A stretch of 64,000 bases of DNA from Vicugna vicugna (taxonomy: Eukaryota). Shown in pieces: positions 48,012 through 60,834 of the stretch. The stretch's first letter is position 1, and each line of letters begins with the position of its first letter. The translations under genes were made by a program, and so were the position numbers. The stretch spans positions 4,407,469-4,471,468 of the forward strand of contig MU063048.1 in the NCBI GenBank assembly GCA_013265495.1, read 5' to 3'. A model generated the notes under the pieces. It saw only the letters and a program-made list of their open reading frames with translations, was not told the origin of the DNA and did no database searches.

Positions 48012-48078
48012 CTTTATCATCTATCCATTATCTGTCTATCTGTCTATCAATTATCTATCTGTCTTCCTATCTATCATT
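48012..48078. repeat. Degenerate (TATC)n repeat
   Basis: tttatcatctatccattatctgtctatctgtctatcaattatctatctgtcttcctatctatc. Confidence 0.85.
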
Positions 48079-48264
48079 TCCTCTATTATAGAAACTTTGA
48101 AATAAAATGTCTGTCTGGTTTGATGAGATTATAGAAGAAAGAGGTAAGGATGTCAAGAGTCGAAGTCGGAGAAATAAGATGACAGATCACGGGGGATCTT
48201 GCCCAGACTTCTGGACCCGGCACAGTAGTGTCTGGAGAAAAAGTGAAGGCTTTTTGCCATTGAA

Positions 48265-48720
48265 GGGTTAGGACCAGATCAAACTTCATGAAGACCACTC
48301 TAGATGCCGTGTGGAGAGTGGATATTGTGGGAACAAGGCTACAGGGAGAGTGAGTGGGGACTTGGTTTATTTCAGCTGAGAAATAATGACGTGCTAAGAG
48401 GCGGTTCTGGAAGCGGAGAGTGGGACTGGATCAGGGATACACAGAGGCGGACCTGGCAGAGGCTGGTGCTGACTGGACGTGGAGGGAGACAGACGGGGCG
48501 TCAAAGCTCTAGCGGCTGTCCCTGTGGGGCGTGGGGCACCAAAGAGAGACTGCATTTGGGCTGCACCATGCTGAGCTCAATTTTGGGTGTACTGAAGTCG
48601 GACTGTTTGTGACGCACGACTGGGGTTGCTGGGAAGATCATTAGTATGTGGCGTGGCGGCGCGGCAGAGCGAGCTGGGAGTGACGCAGGCGTCTTCAGTT
48701 TACAGATGACGGGTCCAGGT
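48265..48720 (-). mobile_element. L2 LINE fragment
   Basis: gaagaccactctagatgccgtgtggagagtggat ... ttcagctgagaaataatgac ... gagctcaattttgggtgtactgaagt matches reverse L2 consensus. Confidence 0.75.
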
Positions 48721-50282
48721 GCCCCGGGACGCGGAGGCGGCCGCTCAGACGGCACAGAACCGCGCCGCAGCCCCCACCTAAGTGCCTTCGCTCCCACACT
48801 GCAGTGTTTTCTGTCTCTAAAGCGTTATGGAAGCAAGACCTGTGTCCGCGTCTCTCTTTGGCCTCACACCTGACATCCAGAAGAAAATTCAACAGGGGCA
48901 AACGGTTTTCACATTTACACTCGCAGCCTGCACACCCTCATTTTCCTGCCGGCTCAGGAGCGAGCAGGGCGGACAAACTGCAGCCCCTACGAGGCTGCGG
49001 GACTTTACGACCGCGCGTCTGTGAGCTCTGCTCCTCCGGCGAAAGCAGGGGGCTGAGGCGACCACCTGGCCCTCGGTGACTCTGGGGATGGTTTTACCTT
49101 TAGCCTCATGACCCTGAACTTCTTTGTTACACAGAATGTGCTGTGATTTCCCAGCACAGCAGGTATCTTTGTGTGTTTCTTGACCTATATTCTCTTACGG
49201 GCCAGTCTTCCCCTATTGGCGAAGCTTAATCTTGCACATTGATTTTTTTAGTTACCTATTTATGTGAAGGCGGACTTTTCAGAACTTCGCCCAGCTTCTC
49301 AGGGCCGTGGCAGGAGGCGACCTTTGAACTCAGACAGGCCTTGGCTGGAGTGCAGCTCTGTTGTTGGCGAGCCCGTGGCAACAGGCAAACTAACTTCTCT
49401 GGGCCTGGGTCCTGCACCTGAGCACTGCGGCCGAGATGTGCTTGTCCCGGGCTTTGCGAGGACGCAGGGAGCGGCGCGCGCGAGGAGCCAGCTGGCGGGG
49501 CCAGGACGGGCGTCTTTCATGGCTCGGGCCCCCGTGTTCTCCTGCCCCCGAGGGCTCTTTCTGAGAACCTGTGCTGTGCGGGCCCCACGGGGAGGGGCAC
49601 GGTCAGCGACGAAAGAACACCGGCTCACGTCCGCCAAGTGTAGCCCCACTGGTCCCCGTTTCACACTTGCTGCGATTCCCGCCCCCTTCCTCCAGCCAGG
49701 GGAAGTATGTTTAAAGGTTTCCCATCTTCCCGGGGCTCCGGGAGGCCTCTGGTCTGAGGGGATGGACTTCCTCCCTCCCCGCTGCCATCTGGAACTCTTT
49801 GTTCAGGCCTCGGTCAGAAAAAACCAACACCCGAACTTAGGAAAATAACATTTGGCAGGAACTTGGCAACAATAGCCCCCTTGTTGCCAGAACCCTCCTT
49901 TGCAGTGTGGGTGGCTCAAATGGCGCTTAATTAAATGCATTTTCCTGTAAATTCTCAGCGCTCTGCTTATTTTTGCTGGTGGCTAATCACCGTGCTGTCT
50001 CTAAGACGACTCGGCTTCACAGCTTGCAGAGGGGAGCCCGCGCGCACGACTCCACGCACGCGGCTAGGTCAGTCCCCTGCCCGCTGCCCCCACCTCTCGG
50101 GTGACAAGGGACGCATCCGCCTTCCCTGCTCGTTGCTCTGTCGTGCAGCACCTCCCTCCCGCCCGGTGCCCCGACAGACCTGCAGATAGAAGCAGTCCCC
50201 GCTGGGTCGGGGCCGGTCACAACCGGGGCACGCACTGTCCTCGGGGCCCCGTATCTGCGACCTAGTTCAAGGCGCACGGCTC

Positions 50283-50385
50283 TTTGAGGTGAGTGTTAGT
50301 ACTCCCATTTAGAAGGTGGAGAAAACCAGGCTCAGAGAGAGTAAGGGCTTTGGTCACTCAGCTGGGAAGTGGTGAGGCTGAAGAG
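50283..50385 (-). mobile_element. MIR SINE fragment
   Basis: gaggtgagtgttagtactcccatttagaaggtggagaaaaccaggctcagagagag ... ggtcactcagctgggaagtggtgagg. Confidence 0.8.
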
Positions 50386-50949
50386 TCGTCGAGAGATCTG
50401 TCTGCTGCCAAGGCCCGCGACCTTCCCCTCACACCCCACGGGCTTTCCTGGGAAAAGGTGCGATTGCGTTTCCAGATGCCTCATGAAGCTCCCCTCAGAG
50501 GATGGTGTCTGCCTGTGTTCGGCTCCACCCTCGGCCCCAAGCGTCCTGTGTCCAGCGCGGACACATTAGGAGGTGACGCAGAAGGAGGGGGCCCGGCACT
50601 CCCCGCCCTCCTCAGCCCCGGGCGGTGCCCGGCGAGACACAGTCACTGCCTCCGGTTTTGAGTTACCAGTTTGCTTATATACGCACAGTTGTGTAGGCCC
50701 AGTGTTTTTTGTGTTTGAAGACAAAGGAGGAGGTTGGCGGAAAGTTGTGAACGGGGCCGGGGGGGCACAGGAGATACGTTCGTCTGACGCTCGTAACCCC
50801 CGGTTTCCTCTCGTCGGTCCCTCGCAGGTCTGAGCCTCGCGGGAGGAGCGTGCGTGTTGGCAGCACGTGCTGCACAGAGTCTTTGGGACACACGCTGACA
50901 GCTCTGTCCGCTGTGCTACGTGTCAACAGAGTTAACGAAATGCCTTCCT

Positions 50950-52450
50950 TGGCCTTCGTTTAAAAGATATTTTTCTGTGCCTGGAATTTGCCAACTACTT
51001 TCTTGCAGCGTTTTAAAGATGTTACCCATCGTCGTCTGGGCTCCACTGTTTTCTTTTGTCTTTGTTTTTGATTTTTTCGTTTTGAAAATTCAGCTGTGAG
51101 TATGACCCTTTCTCCCCTGAATGGGATGGAGCCTCCTTGCTGCCGTCAGGTCTCACCCTGGCTACTTGGAAGGTTCCCTGTGCTTTTGGTTTTCAGCATG
51201 TTGACCAGTGACGTTTTCAGTGCAATGTGACTCTGATGTTTCTAGATGTGTTTTCCCACCTTTGTATTCATCCTGCTTCAGTTCTGTAGAGCTTCTTAAA
51301 TCTGCGTCTGTACCGTTTTGGGAAACTTCTTGGCCAATCCCTCTTCAAACACTGCCTCTGTTCCTCTACGTCTCTGTCTTCCCCGGAGCTCCGACCGCAC
51401 GTGTGCCACACCTGTTGACTGTGTGGGAAGTTCCTTATCTTCTTGTGCGCATTTCCCATCATTGTTCTCTTTGCCCAGCCCTCCTTCAGGCCGTTTCCCC
51501 TCCTCTGTCCACTGCTCTGCTGAGCTCACTGTTGACAGCCTCTCTGCCCTCTTTATTCTGATGAGTCTATGTTTTACTTCCAGAATTTTTACTTTTTACA
51601 GATCTTTAAAAACATCAGTGCCACATCTTTGTCCTCTATTCTTTCAACTACATTGATCCTAGTTACTTTAAAATTCCGCCTGATAACAGTGACACCTCGG
51701 TCACCTGGGGCTGTTTCTACCGTCTGTTTTCTCCTGGTTTTCGCCCTTCGGGTCCTACTTGTTAGCATGCCTGGTAGTTTATGATTGGATGCTGGGTACT
51801 GTGTACAGAACTGTAGGCTCTCTGCATGATGTTATCTTGCATCTTTTGTAGGAGTTTCTTTCCTTCTAGCAGACAGTTAGAGGGGAGCAGGTTACCTTGG
51901 TCCCTTCAGGGACTGAGCCAGCCCAAGTCTCTGTGGGCGGGACTAGCCCCACGTCCCCTGACCACCAGGGCCTGGCCCTCGGGGGTCTGTCTTCTCTCTC
52001 CGGTACCACGAGGCTCGTGGACATTCTGCTCAGGTCTGTGGCCTCCGAGCTGGCGCTCGCCTCCCGGCTTCCTGTCTCTCGTTGCACACGGGCTGGGGAC
52101 TGGCCGGGCCCCGAGCTGAAGGGCGCTGCAGGGCGCCACGCTCCCTTCTCTGGGATTCTGTTTCTCCGCACCCTTGGCTTCTCCGGCACTGCTGCCCTGG
52201 GGGCCCTGGGCTCCACCCTGGCGCCTGTGAACACGCCACGTCTCTGCCTTCTGCGTGAGCCGGAGCATCGCCCAGGACGTGGCAGATGTTTTGCGGGAAA
52301 AGCAGGCGAGAATATTGGGGTCACTTGAGTTTCTTTCCTCTGAGATCCTGGCCCCTCAAGTCCCGGCTGACGCAGGTGCCGTTCATGGTCTTTCAACAAC
52401 TCCTTTAGTATTTTGTCCAGATTTTACCCTTGTTCTCAGGGGGATGGCTG
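50950..52450 (-). mobile_element. Ancient L1 5'/ORF1-region fragment
   Basis: cagcgttttaaagatgttacccatcgtcgtctgggctcc; ttttgggaaacttcttggcc; ttccagaatttttacttt; ttgtccagattttacccttgttctcag. Confidence 0.65.
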
Positions 52451-53109
52451 GATTGACACAGGCTGCTCCGCTAGAGCAGGAGCGAAAGTGCTGTGTCGAC
52501 GGCTCTGACCTGGAAGCCCCCTTCCTCTTCCGTGGTCTCACTCAGCCCACTCAGATGGTGAAATGCACATAGCCTGGGTCCCGGCACTGAAGTGAAATGA
52601 GAAACACCGAGGTTTGTCCCAGGATTGGCAGGAACTTGTTCTGCAGTGATGGGTCTCCTGGGCCCAATGCTCTGCCTGTAGCGTGGGCACACCATCCTCT
52701 CATCTGATTGTGGGAGCGACTGAAGTTGCTGAAATGAGTAGAAGTTTCTTTGAGAAAGAGATTTTCTCACCACTCCTCCTCATTGTAAGTTAGTTCCTGG
52801 GGCAGAGGTGACCAGTGACCTCTCTCCAGTGGGATCTCGCTCTGACGAGGAGCACCAGCCCCTCCTGCACTGGGTCAGGCCTGCGCTGACCGCCTGCCCC
52901 CATCACAGGCACCTGGAGGGGGCGCGAGCAGGTGCTAATTCAGGGTGTGGCTGGCATCCACGCAGTGTGTGTGCCGTCCTGCGGTGTCCTCAGAGCCGGG
53001 GCCCGGCTGAGCACACACACAGGTGTGCCGTCAGTGGATATGGTCCGAGGCATCTGAGTAAACCCAACTGAGTCACCGTTTTCCCAGGTTAACCTAAACT
53101 AAAAATAAC

Positions 53110-53290
53110 ACTTTTGTCTCTTATTAATAAGCTGGTTATTATCTACTGTTTTTCTGTGGGTTCAGGGCTGGAGGAGGAATCATGCTGTGATTACAGGCGG
53201 GTGGAGCAGTGCTGACTCCGGTGGGGTGGGGCCGCACACAGGCCTGTGGTCTGTCCCAGGGCTCAGCTGAGACGGCTCGTCGCTCCTCAG
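53110..53290 (-). mobile_element. Probable ERVL/MaLR LTR fragment
   Basis: gttattatctactgtttttctgtgggttcagggctgg resembles MLT ttattatctcacagtttctgtgggtcagg. Confidence 0.4.
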
Positions 53291-56200
53291 TCCTGACCGT
53301 CACGCAGGAGGAGCCACAGAAAGCCCTGTATTTGGTCCGGCGAGGGGTGCCGTGTGGGGGAGTGGGGGCGCAATGACCCAGCAGCAGTGGCTCCTTCCTC
53401 CTTCTAGTCCCACGAGGGGTCCAGTCTTAATCTAAGTCACGAACCGGAAGGAAAGCTACGGTGTCCTGGAGGTCAACCCAGGGCAGGCGTGTACCGCGGG
53501 CCTCCTCTTGTTTTGAAATCCCTGCAGGTCTGTGTCTGTCTCTCCTTGACAAGATCTGGTGGATCTGGGGTTACTTTTTTCTTTGCATTTCAAGAGACCC
53601 TCAGGGCACCCAAGTTACTGCATAGGTGAGGGAGAGAGAGCAGGAGGCAGCCTCTGCAGAGGCCCCGCTCAGCCTCGGGGAGCAGGGCTGTTGGGGCGGA
53701 CGTGAGGCCTCTAGGAGCCCGGGCCCCATTGGCTGATGGGCGGCGGGGGCCCACAGACCCTGCGCCAGGACGTGCTTGCCATTGGGCTGCCCCACGGCAC
53801 CTGCTGTCCTGACACACACGCCCTCTTCCTGCCTCAGTCTTTAAACAGCTGCCCACGAGCTGGTCGTGCCCATCCAGCCCGGGAGTCACCAGGGTCCTCC
53901 ACAGGAGTGGGGGAGGGAGCCTGGAGCAGAGGTTCCCATGACCAAGCTCCCCTGTGGGGAGACCAGGCCACTGCCCTGAATCCGCCCAGCAAGGCCCCGC
54001 GGGATCGCACAAGCTGACAGCAGGGGTGTGCGCACCCACCCCTCATCCTCGGCACCTCGTGGGGCACCTGGCACCACGCAGTGTGTGGTGGACGCCGCGC
54101 TGGACCTGGAGGCCTGGAACGGGCCCCAGCAGGAGCCCTCCTCCCCAGGACAAAGCCTTCCCTTTGCACCGCCCTGCCGTCCAGGTGGGGCAGCAACACG
54201 GCCGACCGCCTTTCTCATTAGACGTGATTTATTGACGTCGCACAGCCTTTGATCTCGCTGAGACACAGAGCAGAGACGTGATGGCTGTATAGAGGCCGAG
54301 TGTGGGGGTGGGGGAATGCCAGGAACAGGCAGGGAGGGGCCGGCCCCAAGGAGCCTGGAGCCGAAGATGCGGCCAGACTCAGTCCAGCTCAACCCGCAGC
54401 TGCCATCCACACGTGTGCCCGGAGGAGACCCTGGAGAGCTGGCCTCGCCACCACAGCTGCTGTTCATTCTCTGTGCTCTCTGCCCAGGCAGCGGGGCCTG
54501 CCGTGGGCTCGTTGGAAAGTGGCTCTGGGCCTCTGTGTTGCCAGCACTAGGGGGCATCTCGCAGGCTCCAGGCTGGGACAGCCTCCCCGGTCCCAGGGAG
54601 CTGGGTGAGGCCCGTCCCAGGGGGTCCTCTTTCTTGGCCAGAGCTCCAGGTTTGCCTGTTGTGGGCGGCGTCTGTTTTGTTTGGTGAACGAGGACTTGGC
54701 CCTGCTCTTCTTCACCGCGGCGGCTTCGGAGGCTTTAATCAGAGGCCATTTGGAAATACCGCCGGCTAATTAGCTGTTGATGATGCAACGAGGGTGACTG
54801 TCTCTCGGTGCCTTAAACCTTCCCCTGCGACGCAGACGTGCCACACTCGGGCTTGACCTGCCAGGGAGACAGCTCGCCTGCTGGGCAAGGCTCCGTCGAC
54901 ACGAGCAGGGAGCCGCGGGCCCGTGCAAGCGGCGGCACGTCGGTGCCCCCGAGCGGGACGGGGGGCGCACCTGGAGGCGGGCACGGCACCCTGGTGCCAC
55001 TGCCGGTCCCTCCGCTGTGTTTGTGGAAAGAACGTCAGGCAGCATGGAGCTCCTTCCCTAAATGAGAACTTCCAGGAGAAAGAGGAAGCGGGATTCAAGT
55101 GCATGTCTGTTTCCCTGCATTCTTATGCTGGTTTCCGGCTTATAAAGGGTCTCGCCTTTCATTCGGCCCCTGCTTAGCACCAAACATGCGCTGGATCCCG
55201 TAGACACAGGCTCGAACCCGGCCGGGGAGGCGCTCGTAGGCAGAATTAGAAACAAACAGGAGACAATTACAGAAGAGCATTAAAGGGGCAGGTGCTGCCT
55301 GGGCCCTGCCCTGGCACCTGGCGGAGCGGGCAGGGCACGGCCGGCAGCCCCCCGAGGCCCGGGAAGGAGGGCGGCCAGTCCCTCAGGTCCACAGACGTCG
55401 CTGCCCTCGGCTGTGAGACCGTCCGAGCCGATGTTAACTAGTTCACCAGGGGCCGTCACCTGACGTGGGGCCTGGCGTCTGGCTCACCGTCTGTATTTGT
55501 GCAACAAACTGACTGGAGCTCCTCCCGTTGGTGCGTGTGGGAATTTAGACAGAAGTTGAACCAATTCACCTTGAACTACCAGCAAAAGAAAGGGTTTGAC
55601 AAGTAAATTGACAATTAAGAAAAGTTACACGGACCTGCTTAAACTTCCAAGGAGAACCATTGTTTCAAGGCCCTTTTAAGTATCAGTTTCCTTTCAAAAG
55701 AATAAAACTGTTATTTCACACAGTTTCCTGAAAAGCTAGACCTAAGTATAAAGTCTAGTTCTGTCATTTGAATTTCTTGAATATGCTCAAGCTAAACTTA
55801 TTTTTGAAAGTCTGTAAGTAAGTTTTTACCAAATCATATCACACGGTGTGAGTTAGGGTCCTTTTAACCTTTTTGAATTATTAATATCCGCAAACTGCCT
55901 CAGGTAAAGGTCTCGAGCTGGTTGCCGTAAGAGAACTATTCTTGGCCTGCTGAGGATGTGAGCCCCTGCGAGAACCGGACCAAGGAGACGGGCCTCTCGG
56001 GAAAGCGCAAAGGCGCGGACAGCGCGGCAGACTGTGTCAAAGGACTCGGACCCGCGGGCCGTCTGACTGCAGGTGCTCTGCCTTTCCAGCCTGGGCTGGA
56101 CGCCTGGGCGGGCGCTCCTGGCCCAATGTGAGAGCGTCCTCGGGTCCGGTGGCTTCTCAGCCCACGAAATCAGGAGGAGGAGCCGGTCGTGGGAAACACA

Positions 56201-59200
56201 GCAAACAGAGTAGTTTTGTAAACTCAGAAAAGAAAAGAGAACACAAGAGAGGCTGTGACGTACCAGCTGTCTTGTCGTGTTTGTGTAACAGTGTCTTTCA
56301 GCCTCCGGGCCCGGCTCGGGTGAGCAGGGGGCCAGGCTGTCCCCCCCAGACGCCACGCAATCGAGCCCAGCTCTGACCCCGTCGTCCCCCCAGCGACTGC
56401 ACAGGTCAAGGCTCAGCCCCACCCCGGATGCCAGTCACAAGTCCAGACCATCCCCTGTGCTTCTGACCAGCTGGCTGTGGTCTGCAGGTCCCCATGGCCT
56501 CTTCCTCTGGTTGGACGAACTTGCTAGAGCAGCTCCCAGAGCTCAGAGAAACACTCTGCCAGCTAGGTCGCCCAGCGCGCACATGGGGCTGTGACGCGGG
56601 AGGACGAGAGCGGCAGGTGCGGGGACGGGGCACATTTCCCGCCCTCGCCAGGCGCCTCGCTCCCCAGCCCGAAAGCTCTGCAAAACTGTCCTTCTGCAGT
56701 CATTACGGAGGCACGATTGACTGGATCACTGGTCAGTGGTGACCGACTCAACCGCAGCCCCCGCCCTCGCCGGGGGTCAGGAGGTGGGGCTGAAAGTTCC
56801 GACCCGCGGACCCTGGTGCGTCCCCCGGCAACCCACCTGTCCTCGGGTGTCCCCAGACACCACCTCGTTAACAAGACGAAAAGCACCTCCACCGCCTCAA
56901 CACTCAGGGAGTCCCACGGTTTTAGGAGCTCTGCGCCAGAATCTGAACAAAAAGCGAACACGGGTTTCTTGTTATAAACCCCAGCAGCACACGTGACGAG
57001 ACGCACGTGGAGCACGTGGGGGGGCATGTACATGCGGGTCTCCCCTGTGCTCTCCCCACCCACGGGGCTTAAAAGCTACGTCTTTGTGGACCGCACAGGG
57101 GCCATGTCTGTGGTCCACACTGCTGTCACTCGGTCACGGCGTCTTTGTTCCGTCCACCCCTGCGTCTGTCTTACCCCGCCGTTCGCCTCCTTCCTCGTCG
57201 GTGCAGACGGATGATCTGTAGTGAGATTTCCACTGTGTTCCCCTGTTCCTCCCCCCCCCCCCACCCGCCGCAGGAACCAGTCCCCGAGGATGAGGAGCGA
57301 AACTCTGAGCCTCTTCCCTGGATCCCGAGGTGACACCCACGCCTGTAGCCCGTTCACCCTGATTCTCTCTGAACACGTGGCTCTGCAGCCTTCACTTTGG
57401 AAAATCACCTTGGCTTCTACTAGATACTAAGGGTGCACAGGAACCTGTCTGCGTGTAACCCCCAGTGCGGCCCCCGAGAGACTGGGGCAGGGCCGGGGGC
57501 GTCTCCCTGTTTGCTCCGGCCCTGCTGAAACACAGGTGCCAGGGGACCCTCTCAAATGTGGTAATTTCTGCACCTGTTTCACAAAGAGTTTAACCTGTCC
57601 CAGTTTTGGTCCTAAACACAGAGACCTTAAAAGAGGAGTGGCCCAGCAAAGCAAACAGCGTCACCGCCCAGGTTGGACTTGGGGACAGACCCGCCACCTC
57701 TGAGGGCGTCCCCGAGACTCCCTTTCCTTCAAGCTGTTCTTTTCAGCCACACGGGAAGTCGGCGCAGTGGAATGCCCGCACCTGTCCTGGTTTCAACCTC
57801 TTATTTCAGCTTCTTCACCCGCGGCTCAGCACGTCTGGCGCGCAGACCGCGTGGCTGTGGCTGAGGCCGGTTCACTTTTCCTCTAGCGTGTCCATTCTGG
57901 GCCAATATTCCAGGGCCTCTGGCGACAGGAGAACTCACAAGGAGGGAGGGATCGTCCCGGTGTCCACAGAATCTCAAGGACTGCCCACAGCCGGGCTGGG
58001 AAGTCCAGCAGCCCCACCGCTGTCCCTGTCCAAGCCGGCTTCTCCGTCAGTGCTGGTGGCTGAGCGTAGTGACAGCAAGTGGGTCAGTGGCGACCAGGAC
58101 ACAAGTTTGCCTGGAACCTGTCGCCTGCACTGCCCTCCTTCCCCGCTCCCTGCGGGTGGAACCACACAGGTTGAAGGCGAGGGATAACCCAGAGGATCTC
58201 CCAGCCTCCCTGGTACCCGGGGTGACGCGTCTGTCACAGCGACAGGTGAGCCCGCGTCAAGCCGGCTGGACGCAAGCCCAGGTCTGCTGTGGGCCTCTGA
58301 GGTGCGTCGTCTTTCCTGATAAAAGGAAACAGATCTGGCTGGTGTGGCCTTCAGTCTCCTTCCTGCCTTGCATGTGAGTGTGATGGTTGGAGCTGCAGCA
58401 GCTGTCTTGCAACCATGCGGGGAAGGGTAGAAGAGGTGCAGAGACGTGAGCCTGGCATCACTGATCAGCTGCATATGCTGCTTACGCTGAAACGCGCCAT
58501 TATGTTAGACCTGAGCCCTTCTAACGCCGTCGTAGTCCAGTCTTCTGCCACTTGCCGCTCAGTGCGTCCCTAACCGATTGGTGACCTCTCAGGCGTTTCT
58601 TTACAAGTGAGTAGGTATCCACTCTGCCCTTCCTCCTGCTGCAGACACGAACACATGCTTCTGTCCGTTTGTTGTAAACACCATTCTGGAAATCTGCGTG
58701 TCTGCCCAAAGCCTACACGAGCACACGTGTGTGAGAACGCACTTGGCTGGAGGGTCGGGGTCACTGGTCACCGGCTCGGCTGCTGCAGGGGAGCGGGGCT
58801 GCAGGGGGGGCCTGTGTGTGGGGAGGTCTCCGCCAGGCCGTCCTGCACTCGCCTGAGGAAGCTTCCCTGCCCAGCCGCCGCACCCTCCCTCCCCCACCCC
58901 ACCCGCTCCCCTGGGGATTAGCGTGAGGTCTGCCCATTTAACCGTCAGCGTTTGACATGGTCAGACTTGAAAATCATGACTTTTTCCTTGTCCCAGACAT
59001 GAACAAATCAACCTTGATCCTCTACCTGCCACTCCCTCGCTAATAAATTAGCAGAGTTTACATAACCTGCAGCCGGGCAGTTTGCTGGGCGCCGTTCAGC
59101 GCCGTCATCAGCTCACGTCTCTCGGGTGGAATTTTCCTCCTGTGTTGGTGCAAAGGCAGAAAAGTCTGAACACCTCTTGTAGGTGATGTTTTAAACAGCG

Positions 59201-60828
59201 AGCGGGTGGTGACCCTCGCTTTAAAAGTAGCCAACAGCGTCGCCCCCCCCCCCCCGAGTGCTGGCGAGGTGCCGGCACCCTCCCTGCCCTGGCCCCGGGG
59301 TTGTCGTGGGATTCCCGGGGGTGGGAGCTTACCTTCCCACCGACGGGAGGAGCGCCGGGTGGGTCCAAGACGGTCGGAGCTCGGGGTCTGTGTCCTCAGC
59401 AGCACCCGTGTTGCCAAGTCTGCGGAGGGAGGTGTCCCCGGTCCCGACCCCCTCCCCAGGCTCTCGGAGGCCCCAGGCATCTGGCGTGAGGGCCCGGGGC
59501 AGGAGCGCGTGGCTGCTGATGGAGCCACTCGCCTCAGGATGCTGGAGCTCTGCCTCTGCAGCGTGGGGCCTGGGAGGCAGAGTCACGACCTGCAGGGCTA
59601 ATGTGTCTCCGTTTTCCCCACGTGAGAGAGAAGAGAGAGCCCTAAGCACGTGGCGGGCTGTCCAACACGAGCGCCTCCGTGGCCCAGCCTGAGTCCAGGC
59701 CGCGCAGGGCACCAGGCCGGGGTTTTGCTCCAGGGTCTGTTTCCCACCAAACCCGCTCCCGGTTCCGGCACAGAGGTGCCCGGGCGCTGGCCCCTTTCAC
59801 TGCCCCTGATGGAGCCAAAGTGGCAGCGGGCAAGATGCTGGCTTCTGGCCATGTTTGTCCACATTCCCCGTGAAAGCACGTGGGCAGACAGACGTCCTCG
59901 AGGGCAGCGAGTGTGATGGGGTCCGGTCTTGGCCCCGGGCAGGTCCTGGTCACGTCTGGAGCGGGAGGACGTCCCCACAGGCCCTCCCACGTGCAGCATC
60001 ATCCACAGAAGAGGACACGGGGGCTGTGGTGCCTGCTGGACAGGCGCTTTCCTGGGACAGCACTGCCACGTGCAAGGACCACGGGCGGGAAAATCACGGT
60101 TATCCAGACACAGCCAGGGGGCAGATAGTTTCTCAAAGATGCAAGCGAGTCTGTTCCTTTAGGGGAGAGAACCAACTGCACGTACTTGCCAACGATAAAC
60201 TGAGTTTTGAAGTGATGACTAGAATTTTGGAAAACTTCTATCCACACTGTAAGCTTACAGCTTCCCGATCCTTAAATATTTTTCTAATAGGACCAGAGGT
60301 AATCTTAACAGAGGTGACTTTTAATGTTGCACAGTGAAAGTTTCAACCCTGGGAGACCCAGCTGCAGAGCTCAGTGGGTGTTTCAGCATCGAGCAAGAGG
60401 CCCGCGGGTCTCGGGGAGACACGGCCTGAGAGGCTCCTCGAAACGGCTCAGATTCCACACTGCGGCTCGGCTCTGAGGGGCAACTGCTTCCCCAGGACCG
60501 ACGAGGCGTCAGAGAGGAGCTCCCACAGTGACCTGGGCGCCGCCGCAGCCCCTCCCCTTCCCCAGCCGCGCGTCTGGGTCTGTGTGGGGCTGGATTTTGT
60601 TCACGTGCTTGAACCAAAACAACACGCTTTTGCAAAAGATTGAATCCAAAGCTGATACGAGTCCAACCACCTCACATGAAGCTGGGCGTGAGAGAGATTT
60701 GCGACAGCACAAAACAACGCCCCTTTCCTTGCTTTTTGAGAAAATTTGTTAAAATTGTTTTTAAGTTAATTTTTTTGTTGTTTTGGAGAACACAGGTTTT
60801 CCTGATAAGGATATGTGCATTAACGTGT

Positions 60829-60834
60829 AATAAA
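60829..60834 (+). terminator. Candidate polyadenylation signal AATAAA
   Basis: Overlapping upstream TGTA, a long upstream T-rich tract (60730-60790), and a CA followed by T/GT-rich sequence downstream. Confidence 0.35.

Noticed and set aside
55195-55235. B-box-like GGCTCGAACCC
   Set aside because: No A-box or cloverleaf; cannot be called a tRNA or SINE.
55759-55813. Plus exon candidate LSFEFLEYAQAKLIFES with GTAAGT donor, in phase with 60163
   Set aside because: The only stop-free acceptors are purine-rich and weak, and the stronger upstream acceptor brings an in-frame TAA.
55853-56422. 189-aa minus ORF
   Set aside because: No recognisable homology, GTG start, and no supporting exon structure.
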